A stretch of DNA of 52,572 nt from Nanobdellota archaeon (GTDB lineage Archaea; Nanobdellota; Nanobdellia; Woesearchaeales; JAGLXL01), in contig JBHPDN010000005.1 in the NCBI GenBank assembly GCA_042577865.1, positions 1-52,572 on the forward strand. The letters are read 5' to 3'. Below are positions 45,079 to 52,572 of the stretch, piece after piece; positions within the stretch are counted from its first letter, which is position 1, and each line of letters starts with the position of its first letter. Under the pieces are notes generated by a model, which worked only from the letters and a program-made list of their open reading frames with translations, searched no databases and had not been told where the DNA came from. Position numbers and translations under genes: made by a program.

Positions 45079-45909
45079 TTAAATAAATTCACTAATTAAT
45101 TCTGAGATATTGATATTTTCGATTGGCTCTTGAGTGAGATTTCTTTGTTCTGGAAGAGGTCTTTGTTCTTGATAGAAGATACCTAGAGGTATTTTCTCTC
45201 CCCATTCCTGGGCTTTTTTGAAAGCTTCTATCTTGTTGCTGGAATCATGGTTTTCCATTTTGTAGACGCGTTCTTGATACCAAGCAAAAGTATTGATTTT
45301 GTTGAAAGTAATACAAGGCTGAAGAATATCAATCAAAGCAAAACCTTGGTGATTGAGGGCAGCTTTGATAAGTTCCTTGAGATGCTGAATGTCACCTGAA
45401 AAACCCCGAGCTATGAAAGTAGCGCCTGAGGCAAGAGCCAAAGCAAGAGGATTGATAGCTGATTCTTCCACACCATGAGGAGTTGATTTGGTTTTAAGAC
45501 CGGGGTCAGAAGTTGGTGTAGCCTGGCCAGTGGTCAAGGAGTAGATTTGGTTATTGTGGACAAGATAAGTTACGTTGATGTTTTTTCTAGCAGCATGGAC
45601 TAAATGATTGGTTCCTTCGCCATAAGCTCCACCATCACCGTTTTGAGCGATGACTGTGAGATTAGGGTTGACAATCTTGGCACCAACAGCTGGTGGAAGA
45701 GAACGTCCATGTAAGGAGTGGAAAGCATAAGTATTGTACCAACTACATTGATTGCCGCCACAACCAACATCAGTGAACATGAGAATTTTGTTTTGAGAAA
45801 GGTTTAATTCTGAAAGTGTTTGAGTAAGAGCAGCCATAATACCAAAATCACCGCAACCTGGGCACCAGGTGGGTTTGATAGGTGTTAGGTAGTCTTTTAC
45901 TTCAGGCAT
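45079..45909 (-). CDS. korB: 2-oxoacid:ferredoxin oxidoreductase beta subunit
   Basis: WCPGCGDF, LHGR, GDGG, NN.IY.LT.GQ, QPCITFN. Substrate not determinable. Confidence 0.92.
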   Translation of the reverse strand: MPEVKDYLTPIKPTWCPGCGDFGIMAALTQTLSELNLSQNKILMFTDVGCGGNQCSWYNTYAFHSLHGRSLPPAVGAKIVNPNLTVIAQNGDGGAYGEGTNHLVHAARKNINVTYLVHNNQIYSLTTGQATPTSDPGLKTKSTPHGVEESAINPLALALASGATFIARGFSGDIQHLKELIKAALNHQGFALIDILQPCITFNKINTFAWYQERVYKMENHDSSNKIEAFKKAQEWGEKIPLGIFYQEQRPLPEQRNLTQEPIENINISELISEFI

Positions 45910-47594
45910 TTTGTTAATTCCTCTTCAATTTGATCGGCAGTGAATTGGTGGCCATCATATTTATTGATAAGATAATCTGGTTTGATGAGGGTATTTTCCT
46001 TGATTAAACGAGCAAGCTGGCCAGTTTTGTTGTTTTCAATAACAATAATTTTCTTGTTTTGGATTAAGTTTTTGATGTCGGGAAAAGGAGTGAGGTATTT
46101 GATTTGAAGAAAATTGGTGTCTGGAAATTTTTCCAGGTTTTCTAAGATGGCTCCTTTGGTTGAACCCCAGCTGATGATAGATGTTGAAGCTGCTGAATTG
46201 CCGTAAAGAACGGGCTGAGGGAGTTCAGTTTTGAGGGTTTCTATTTTTTGGAAACGTTTGTCAACCATTTTGGTTCGGTTGGTTTGTTCATCTGAAGAAT
46301 AACCATGCTCTTCATGTTCATCTGAGTTAGCAGTAAAAAGTCCTTTTTCCTGTCCAGGTATGGAACGAGGAGAGATACCAGTTTCAGTAAACTGATAACG
46401 TTTGAAATCTTCAATAGTTTGGAGTTCTTGATCTGTGATAAAGGATTGTTTTTTTATTGGAACATTAGTTTGGAGTAAAGGAGTGGTTTGGATAGCTTCG
46501 TTAAGGAATTTATCTGTGAGGATGACGGTTGGAATTTGGTATTTTTCTGCTAACTGGAAAGCTCTGACTGTTTCTTCAAAACATTCCTGAACATCGCCAG
46601 GCGCAACAATGATTCTTGGAAACTCTCCATGGCCAGCATTCTGAACAAAAAGTAAGTCTGACTGTTCTGTTTTAGTTGGCATACCAGTGGCCGGGCCAGC
46701 TCTCTGACCATAGTTGATAACTAAAGGAATTTCGGCAATGCCGGCAAAACTAAAGGCTTCGGCCATTAAAGAGAAGCCGGCACCAGAAGTGGCAATAAAA
46801 GTTCTGACTCCTGCATGAGAAGCACCAATAGCTTGAAGAATGCCAGAGATTTCGTCTTCTGGAGTTTGAACAATATAATTATAATCTTTAGACTTAAGAG
46901 CAAGGTATTGTAATAGAGGGTTGATGGGAGTGATGGGGTAAATAGGAGCAAATTTTAATCCGGCTTTGATAGCACCCAGAGCAATAGCGTGATTGCTGCT
47001 GATTAACATTTGTTTTTCTGATGCCTGAGGTCTTAACTGGAAAAGACATTCTTTTTCTTTGAGATAGTTATAACCGGACTGAGCTGCTTGGATATTTGGT
47101 TCGATAACTTGTGGTTTTTTGGCGAAGAGGTCTCTGATGACATTTTCTAAAATATTGAAATCAAGTTTGAGAAGTCCAAAAGAAGCACCTAAAGCTACAG
47201 TATTGCGCATGACATCAGCATGACCATATTCCTGAGCAAATCGGTTTAAGGGAATGGGAAAAAGATTGATATTGGGAAAGTCTTCTTTGTTTAATTGGAT
47301 GTTTTCATCGTAGATGATGCAGGCGTTTTCGGTGAGTTCGTGTTTGTAAAGATTAATGGTTTCCTGATTAAGGGCAACAAGGATGTTTGACTTTGAAAGG
47401 TAAGCAGAGATTGTTTTTTCAGAAATTCTAACGGTAAAAGTATTGCTGCCTCCGCGGACTAGAGAAGGGTAATCATTAGTAGCAAAAACCTTAAGTCCTG
47501 CTCTAGAGCAGACTTTACCAAAAATCTCGCCTGCAGACATGATCCCATAGCCTGCCTGACCTCCTATTTTCCACTGAAGATTATTAATGGGCAT
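45897..47594 (-). CDS. korA: 2-oxoacid:ferredoxin oxidoreductase alpha (fused gamma-alpha) subunit
   Basis: GGQAGYG, RGG, YPITP, EDEI, TSGAGF.LM.E, QRAGPATGMPT. Start taken at ATG 47594 (MPINNL). Confidence 0.92.
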   Translation of the reverse strand: MPINNLQWKIGGQAGYGIMSAGEIFGKVCSRAGLKVFATNDYPSLVRGGSNTFTVRISEKTISAYLSKSNILVALNQETINLYKHELTENACIIYDENIQLNKEDFPNINLFPIPLNRFAQEYGHADVMRNTVALGASFGLLKLDFNILENVIRDLFAKKPQVIEPNIQAAQSGYNYLKEKECLFQLRPQASEKQMLISSNHAIALGAIKAGLKFAPIYPITPINPLLQYLALKSKDYNYIVQTPEDEISGILQAIGASHAGVRTFIATSGAGFSLMAEAFSFAGIAEIPLVINYGQRAGPATGMPTKTEQSDLLFVQNAGHGEFPRIIVAPGDVQECFEETVRAFQLAEKYQIPTVILTDKFLNEAIQTTPLLQTNVPIKKQSFITDQELQTIEDFKRYQFTETGISPRSIPGQEKGLFTANSDEHEEHGYSSDEQTNRTKMVDKRFQKIETLKTELPQPVLYGNSAASTSIISWGSTKGAILENLEKFPDTNFLQIKYLTPFPDIKNLIQNKKIIVIENNKTGQLARLIKENTLIKPDYLINKYDGHQFTADQIEEELTKCLK

Positions 47595-47669
47595 GGGATT
47601 TTGGGGAAAGAGGTGGTTTTTAAAGGTTGTGATAAATAAATATATAAATAGTGGAAATAAGGCTATTTT

Positions 47670-48056
47670 ATGGAAAAAGTGATGGTTTTTGGGACGTTTG
47701 ACATTCTTCATCTAGGTCATTTAGACTATTTTAAGCAGGCCAAGAAATGGGGTGATTATTTGGTTGTGGTGGTGGCCAGAGACAAGAATGTTTTGAAGTC
47801 TAAAGGAAAAAAACCAAAGTATAATGAGAAAGTAAGATTGGGAAAAATTAAGAAAGTAAAAATGGTTGACAAAGTGGTTTTGGGTTATGTAAGAGATAGG
47901 TTTAAGATGATTGAAAAGATGAATCCCGATACAGTTTGTTTTGGTTATGATCAAAAAGTTGATTTGGATTTGATGAAAAAAATAAAAAAACAAAAGATTA
48001 AAATAAGAAGGTTAAAATCATATAAACCAAGAAAATATAAATCAAGCTTATTATAA
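47670..48056 (+). CDS. ribL: Archaeal FAD synthase / cytidylyltransferase-family protein
   Basis: VMVFGTFDILHLGH, VVVARD, GYDQ, KYKSS. Confidence 0.82.
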   Translation: MEKVMVFGTFDILHLGHLDYFKQAKKWGDYLVVVVARDKNVLKSKGKKPKYNEKVRLGKIKKVKMVDKVVLGYVRDRFKMIEKMNPDTVCFGYDQKVDLDLMKKIKKQKIKIRRLKSYKPRKYKSSLL

Positions 48057-48057
48057 A

Positions 48058-48840
48058 ATGGCCTTTATCAACAATATCAATCCAGTGCTTTTTAGTTTAG
48101 GTTCTTTAGAGATAAGATTTTATGGATTAGTTTATGTTTTAGGAGCGATCGTGGGCTTGCTGGTATTATTGTATTATCAAAAAAAAGGCAAGATTGACTT
48201 GACTAAGGACGAAGTTTGGGATTTTGTTTTTTGGTTAATGGTGGGTTTGGTGGTTGGAGCCAGATTATTTGCAGTGGTGTTTTTTTCTCCAGGTTTTTAT
48301 TTTACAAATCCATTAGAAATTTTTAAGGTTTGGAAAGGAGGAATGAGTTTTCATGGTGGTGTGGTTGGTTTAATTGTGGTGGGTTATATTTATGCCAGGA
48401 AGAAAAAACTTGATTTCTGGAAACTGGCCGACATGATTGCCATACCCGGAATTATTGTAGCTGGTTTAGGAAGGTTGGCTAATTTTACCAACAGCGAATT
48501 TTACGGAACAGCCACTAATTTACCTTGGTGTGTTGTTTTCAAGAAAATTGATGATGTCTGCAGACACCCATATCAAATCTATTCTTTTTTTCAAAGAGTG
48601 GTTTTGGGCGGGGCATTGGCTTGGATTTATAGAAAAGACAGAAAACCAGGTTTTATCTTTTGGCTGATGATTTTATTTGAAGGAATTGGTAGGATTTTGG
48701 TTGATACTGTTCGGGTTGAATCAAAGTTTTTGTATTTGAGTATGGGGCAGTGGTTGAGTGTAGTAATGGCTGTGGTGGCGATAGTGGTATTAATCAAATG
48801 GTACAGAAAAGAGCTAAAGAATTTAATTTCTTTTAGATGA
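48058..48840 (+). CDS. lgt: Prolipoprotein diacylglyceryl transferase (bacterial-type Lgt)
   Basis: I.PV...G.LEIRFYGLVY, GARL, W.GGMSFHGG, GRLANF.N.E.YG, RHP.Q.Y, LSMGQWLS. Confidence 0.92.
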   Translation: MAFINNINPVLFSLGSLEIRFYGLVYVLGAIVGLLVLLYYQKKGKIDLTKDEVWDFVFWLMVGLVVGARLFAVVFFSPGFYFTNPLEIFKVWKGGMSFHGGVVGLIVVGYIYARKKKLDFWKLADMIAIPGIIVAGLGRLANFTNSEFYGTATNLPWCVVFKKIDDVCRHPYQIYSFFQRVVLGGALAWIYRKDRKPGFIFWLMILFEGIGRILVDTVRVESKFLYLSMGQWLSVVMAVVAIVVLIKWYRKELKNLISFR

Positions 48841-48912
48841 ATGAGTTTGTTTTTCATCCACATCATTTATATATCTGGAGTTATTTTTATTGTAAAAACG
48901 GAGGTATACACA

Positions 48913-49164
48913 ATGGTAAAAGAAGTAAAAGTCTACTCAACCCCAGCCTGTCCTTGGTGCGTCAAGGCAAAGGAATTCTTAAAAGAAAACAAAGTCAAAT
49001 TCAGCGACTTAGATGTAGCTGAAGATGAAAAGGCCAGAGATGAAATGATTGAAAAAAGCGGTCAAATGGGAGTGCCAGTAATTATTGTTGTCAAAGATGA
49101 CGACAGTGAAGAAGTAATTGTTGGTTTTGATCAGGGCAAATTGAAAGCTGCATTAGACATGTAA
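48913..49164 (+). CDS. Glutaredoxin-like protein (YruB/NrdH type)
   Basis: YSTPACPWC, SGQMGVPV, VGFD; GGAGGT RBS upstream of ATG 48913. Confidence 0.92.
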   Translation: MVKEVKVYSTPACPWCVKAKEFLKENKVKFSDLDVAEDEKARDEMIEKSGQMGVPVIIVVKDDDSEEVIVGFDQGKLKAALDM

Positions 49165-49166
49165 AT

Positions 49167-50102
49167 ATGTACGAAACCATAATTATTGGAGCAGGAATTG
49201 CTGGAGTAACAGCCGCAATTTATGCGTCTAGGAAACGAATGAATTATCTGTTTATTTCTAAGGACTTTGGCGGCCAGATGAACATTAGCGGTGAAGTAGA
49301 AAATTATCCTGGATTTAGCAAGACGACTGCTGTGGAAATGATGAAGTTGTTTAAAGAGCAACTGAAATACAATAAAATTGATTTAAAAGAAGGTGTAGAA
49401 GTTAAAGGGATTAAGAAAAAAGGCAATAATTTTTTAGTGAAGACTAGTAGTGGGGACCATGAAACACAAACAGTCATTCTTTGCACTGGGGCTCGGCCTC
49501 GTAAATTAGGTGTGCCTGGCGAAGATAAGTTTGCCAAATTAGGAGTAACTTACTGTGCTATTTGTGACGGGCCGATTTTCAAAGATATGGAAGTGGTAGT
49601 AGTTGGCGGCGGTGATGCTGGTTTAGAAGCAGTTGATTTTCTGCTAAATATTGCCAAGAAAATTTATGTGCTGCAAAGAGGTCCAAAACTAATCGCCCAG
49701 AAATATCTGGTTGAAAGAATTCAAGGAAATCCTAAAGTGGAAGTAATTTTGAATTCTGAAACTAAAGAGGTTGTAGGTGATAAAGCAGTGACTGGGTTAA
49801 AGTATGTGCAAAACGGTGAAGAAAAGGAACTTAAGGTTAAGGGGATTTTTGTTGAGATTGGCAGACTGCCTAATACAGAAATGGTCAAGGGTTTAGTTGA
49901 TATGGATGACCACAACCATGTTAAAGTAAGTGTACAGTGCGATACTTCTTTGCCAGGGATTTATGCAGCAGGAGATTGTACTAATATTCATGAATATCAA
50001 TATATTATTTCAGGCGGCCAAGGGGCCACGGCTTTAATTAAAGCAGCGAGATATATTGCAGGAGGTCAAAATAATGCCAAAAATAACACTAAAAAAAAAT
50101 GA
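49167..50102 (+). CDS. trxB: Thioredoxin reductase (TrxB/AhpF-like)
   Basis: IIGAGIAG, YCAICDG, VGGGDAG, YAAGD. Confidence 0.92.
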   Translation: MYETIIIGAGIAGVTAAIYASRKRMNYLFISKDFGGQMNISGEVENYPGFSKTTAVEMMKLFKEQLKYNKIDLKEGVEVKGIKKKGNNFLVKTSSGDHETQTVILCTGARPRKLGVPGEDKFAKLGVTYCAICDGPIFKDMEVVVVGGGDAGLEAVDFLLNIAKKIYVLQRGPKLIAQKYLVERIQGNPKVEVILNSETKEVVGDKAVTGLKYVQNGEEKELKVKGIFVEIGRLPNTEMVKGLVDMDDHNHVKVSVQCDTSLPGIYAAGDCTNIHEYQYIISGGQGATALIKAARYIAGGQNNAKNNTKKK

Positions 50103-50283
50103 ATGTATTGGCTGCGGAGCTTGTGTAGCGGTTTGTGGTGATTTTTTTGAGATGGGCGATGATGGTTTAGCTCATTTGAAAGGAAGTAAAGAAGAGGATG
50201 TTGAGGAGTTAGAAGTTAAAGATACTAAATGTACAGAAGAAGCAATTGAATCTTGTCCAGTGAGAATAATTAAAGTAGAATAA
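50074..50283 (+). CDS. Monocluster ferredoxin
   Basis: CIGCGACVAVC...CPV; GGAGGT RBS upstream of ATG 50074. Confidence 0.92.
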   Translation: MPKITLKKNECIGCGACVAVCGDFFEMGDDGLAHLKGSKEEDVEELEVKDTKCTEEAIESCPVRIIKVE

Positions 50284-50553
50284 TCAGGTTTTCATTTTTC
50301 TTTTGTAAAGTTGATGTTGATAGTTAGCTAAATGAGTTTTAATCTTGTCTAATGTTTTGACATATTCTTTTCTGGCTTTGTCGGCGCCTTCCCAATTTTT
50401 ACGGTGTTGGATAAGGTGTTTGGCTTTCTTTGTTTTTTGGTGTTTGACGTAATGTTTTTGAGATTTTTTGGTTCGCCAGTGTAAACGAGTACTAAGACGA
50501 TAGAGTTTGATGGTATTATTGTAAATAAACCGGGCTTCTGAAAGCAATGACAT
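50284..50553 (-). CDS. Basic helical hypothetical protein
   Basis: 89-aa Lys/His-rich ORF with a GAGGTG RBS, directly downstream of fibrillarin. Confidence 0.65.
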   Translation of the reverse strand: MSLLSEARFIYNNTIKLYRLSTRLHWRTKKSQKHYVKHQKTKKAKHLIQHRKNWEGADKARKEYVKTLDKIKTHLANYQHQLYKRKMKT

Positions 50554-50557
50554 AATT

Positions 50558-51223
50558 TCACCTCTTTTTGCAGATTATAAAACAATGGTCTTTTTGAAAC
50601 GGTTCTAAAGTACGGAAGTCGATGATAGTTAAATCTTTTTCTAATTTTTGCCTGACTTCATTGAAAATAGTTTTGGATTTCTTTTTGATATCAATGGACC
50701 GGGCTTTGACAGCTAAAAGCGCGTAGCCGCCTGGTTTGAGAAAAATGTCGATGTTTTTAAGAAAAATTTCAGCCTGGTTTCTTTGAGCCAAGTCTTGATA
50801 AATAATGTCTGCCTGGGAGACTTTGTCTATGTAAAGGTCTGGTTGATTGGCATCAGCCATGATAGGAATAATGTTTTTTCTTTTTTGACAGAGGAAGATG
50901 AGGTCTCTGGTGGTTCGCGGTGCTAAATCCAGACCAAAGATATAACCATTAGGTCCAATAATGTCGGAGACAAATGATGGGGTGTAACCATGTGAGGCGC
51001 CCAGGTAAAGGATGACTTGGTCTTTTCTGATGAAAATGTTTTTGCAGCCTTTGAGAATAGCAGCAGCCAATTTAGAATGTCTGGGATCCCACTCCCGATA
51101 TTCCTTTTTTTCTTTTTTGAATAACTTTTCCTGGAAGAATGTTTGTCCGGGAGTAAGGTTAAGGGTGTAAATTCTATTTTTATCCTGGTAAACTTCGAAG
51201 ATGGGTGATGGTTTAATTTGCAT
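50558..51223 (-). CDS. flpA: Fibrillarin-like rRNA/tRNA 2'-O-methyltransferase
   Basis: YREWDP..SKLAAAI, ILYLGAS.G.TPS.VSDI, IYQDLAQ, KARSID. Start taken at ATG 51223 (MQIKPS). Confidence 0.95.
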   Translation of the reverse strand: MQIKPSPIFEVYQDKNRIYTLNLTPGQTFFQEKLFKKEKKEYREWDPRHSKLAAAILKGCKNIFIRKDQVILYLGASHGYTPSFVSDIIGPNGYIFGLDLAPRTTRDLIFLCQKRKNIIPIMADANQPDLYIDKVSQADIIYQDLAQRNQAEIFLKNIDIFLKPGGYALLAVKARSIDIKKKSKTIFNEVRQKLEKDLTIIDFRTLEPFQKDHCFIICKKR

Positions 51224-51719
51224 AGTATTCCTCGAGATATTTGTTGAAAATAGTAAGTGCTTCTGGGACAAACTTTTCTTTTTGAGTAAATTCTTTGATT
51301 TCATCAAAAGACATGAATTTTCCCTGGGTAATTGATGCTTCTTCTAATTTGATTGGTCCGTCATAAACACACTTGAAAACATTTTGGAAAGAAGGGGCAT
51401 CTTGATCATCTGGATGTCTGAATAAAAAAAGAAAATCCAAGGGAATATTTTTAATTCCAAGTTCTTCTCCTAATTCTCTGAAAGCATTTTCTTTGGTGGT
51501 TTCTCCGGCAGCAACAACTCCTCCCGCCTTAAGATCATAATAACCTGGACGGCGACCAACATTAAGAGACCTTTGATGAACAAAAAGTTCTCCTTGGGAA
51601 TTAAAGACCAAAATAGCACTAGCTCGATGATGAAGTTTTTTTCTAATCATTTCTGAACGTGGAACTATGCCAATTTGATTATCATTTTGATCAACAATGA
51701 TTACCTGTTCTTTGGTCAT
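51213..51719 (-). CDS. NUDIX hydrolase (YfcD/IDI-1-like)
   Basis: VD.ND..IG, HRA, HQRS, GGVV.AGE...NA.REL.EELGI. Confidence 0.9.
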   Translation of the reverse strand: MTKEQVIIVDQNDNQIGIVPRSEMIRKKLHHRASAILVFNSQGELFVHQRSLNVGRRPGYYDLKAGGVVAAGETTKENAFRELGEELGIKNIPLDFLFLFRHPDDQDAPSFQNVFKCVYDGPIKLEEASITQGKFMSFDEIKEFTQKEKFVPEALTIFNKYLEEYYAN

Positions 51720-52237
51720 TTGTTTTTCTCCGCGTACATTTTCTCTAAATCTCTAGCTCCAAGATTGGTGGTCTGATCCATGGTGAAACCAAGTTTTTGG
51801 ACGGACTCAATAACTTCCTCTTCAGTAGGAGCTTCGACTTCCAGCCAAGTAGGCATGGTCGGGTAAGTATCAATTTCAAAACTTATTTGGTTTAACTTGT
51901 AAGATTCTCTTTTTCTTTGGCCTTCATAAACTCTGATGAAACCAAGTTTTTCAAAAATTTTAACTGTATCTTCAAAATTACTGGTGTTAACTTCAATTTC
52001 TTCTTTAGTTTTGAACTGGGCTGATTCGTTTTTGCCTTTGAAGCAGAGCTCTACTTTATCGCCGACTTGTCTGACTCTAAGATGATTGTCCTTTTTTAAC
52101 AAACTTTCATCAGGAAAATCAAATAAAATGGTATTCAGTTCTCCGTCAAAGACTTTTTCTGCACCTATACCTAGGATTTTCTTTCTGACTTCTTCTGGAT
52201 TGATTTCTAATATTTTAACTTCTATTTCTCTAGTCAT
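51716..52237 (-). CDS. cyaB: CYTH-domain protein (class IV adenylate cyclase-like)
   Basis: EIEVK (ExExK), LRVR, KG, EEIEV, WLEVE. Confidence 0.88.
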   Translation of the reverse strand: MTREIEVKILEINPEEVRKKILGIGAEKVFDGELNTILFDFPDESLLKKDNHLRVRQVGDKVELCFKGKNESAQFKTKEEIEVNTSNFEDTVKIFEKLGFIRVYEGQRKRESYKLNQISFEIDTYPTMPTWLEVEAPTEEEVIESVQKLGFTMDQTTNLGARDLEKMYAEKNK

Positions 52238-52572
52238 TTGAATTTCTTCTCCAGTTCTTTTCTCATCTCTTTGGCTTTGAATTCACCTTTGAAAAAGTCT
52301 AATCGTGAGGCAAGGGAGATTTTGTCTGCTAGTGCTCTGGCAGCTTTGCCTTTTTCCTTGGCATTTTGAACTAAGGGATGTTGAAGGATAAGTCCGTGTT
52401 TTGGAGATCTTGCTCCGGTTCTAATATGTCTAAAGAGAGCTTTTTCGGCACCAAGGAGCTGGACAGTTGAAGATGGGAAAGTAGCCAATCGTTTGAGGCT
52501 GCCGGCCAGTTCAATCAACCCAGAACCAATAGTTGAACCGCAAAGTTCAAGCAAATTAGGACAGTATTTTTT
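52234..52572 (-). CDS. nop5: Nop5/Nop56 C/D box sRNP protein, C-terminal part (starts beyond the window)
   Basis: LA..PSSTVQLLGAEKALFRH...SPKHG.I.QHP, GK.AR.LA.K. Confidence 0.93.
   Translation of the reverse strand, partial: KKYCPNLLELCGSTIGSGLIELAGSLKRLATFPSSTVQLLGAEKALFRHIRTGARSPKHGLILQHPLVQNAKEKGKAARALADKISLASRLDFFKGEFKAKEMRKELEKKFK

Noticed and set aside
47595-47711. N-terminal extensions in the track for korA (also glutaredoxin 48841, fibrillarin 51307, aldolase 40830, ferredoxin 50056)
   Set aside because: They overlap neighbouring genes or promoter regions; downstream ATGs fit the RBS position or family length better.

Overview
Archaeal chromosomal window, most consistent with a DPANN lineage such as Woesearchaeota. 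Evidence: archaeal GlyRS, ValRS, RFC-L, fibrillarin and Nop5, TATA-like promoters, GAGGTG ribosome-binding sites and 'ITGFAV' surface-protein leaders; the taxonomy is inferred, not searched. 0.2-4.7 kb holds a type IV pilus/Tad-like ATPase and its membrane platform. 4.7-19.7 kb is a minus-strand surface-protein island made of two paralogous cassettes. Each cassette is headed by a small AbrB/MazE-like gene (one missed by the ORF track) behind a nearly identical 25-bp promoter/operator. The large secreted proteins share domains pairwise, suggesting a modular multi-subunit surface appendage. Between the cassettes lies a tRNA-Phe(GAA) gene with two introns (37/38 and a non-canonical T-loop 59/60). 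19.7-52.6 kb is mostly housekeeping: tRNA synthetases, RFC, a THUMP-less ThiI, SufS, an ABC exporter, GDH, a non-oxidative pentose-phosphate cluster, 2-oxoacid:ferredoxin oxidoreductase, a bacterial-type Lgt, a thioredoxin system, and nop5/fibrillarin split by CYTH and NUDIX genes. No CRISPR array, integrase, transposase or reverse transcriptase was seen. All family calls come from motif recognition by eye.
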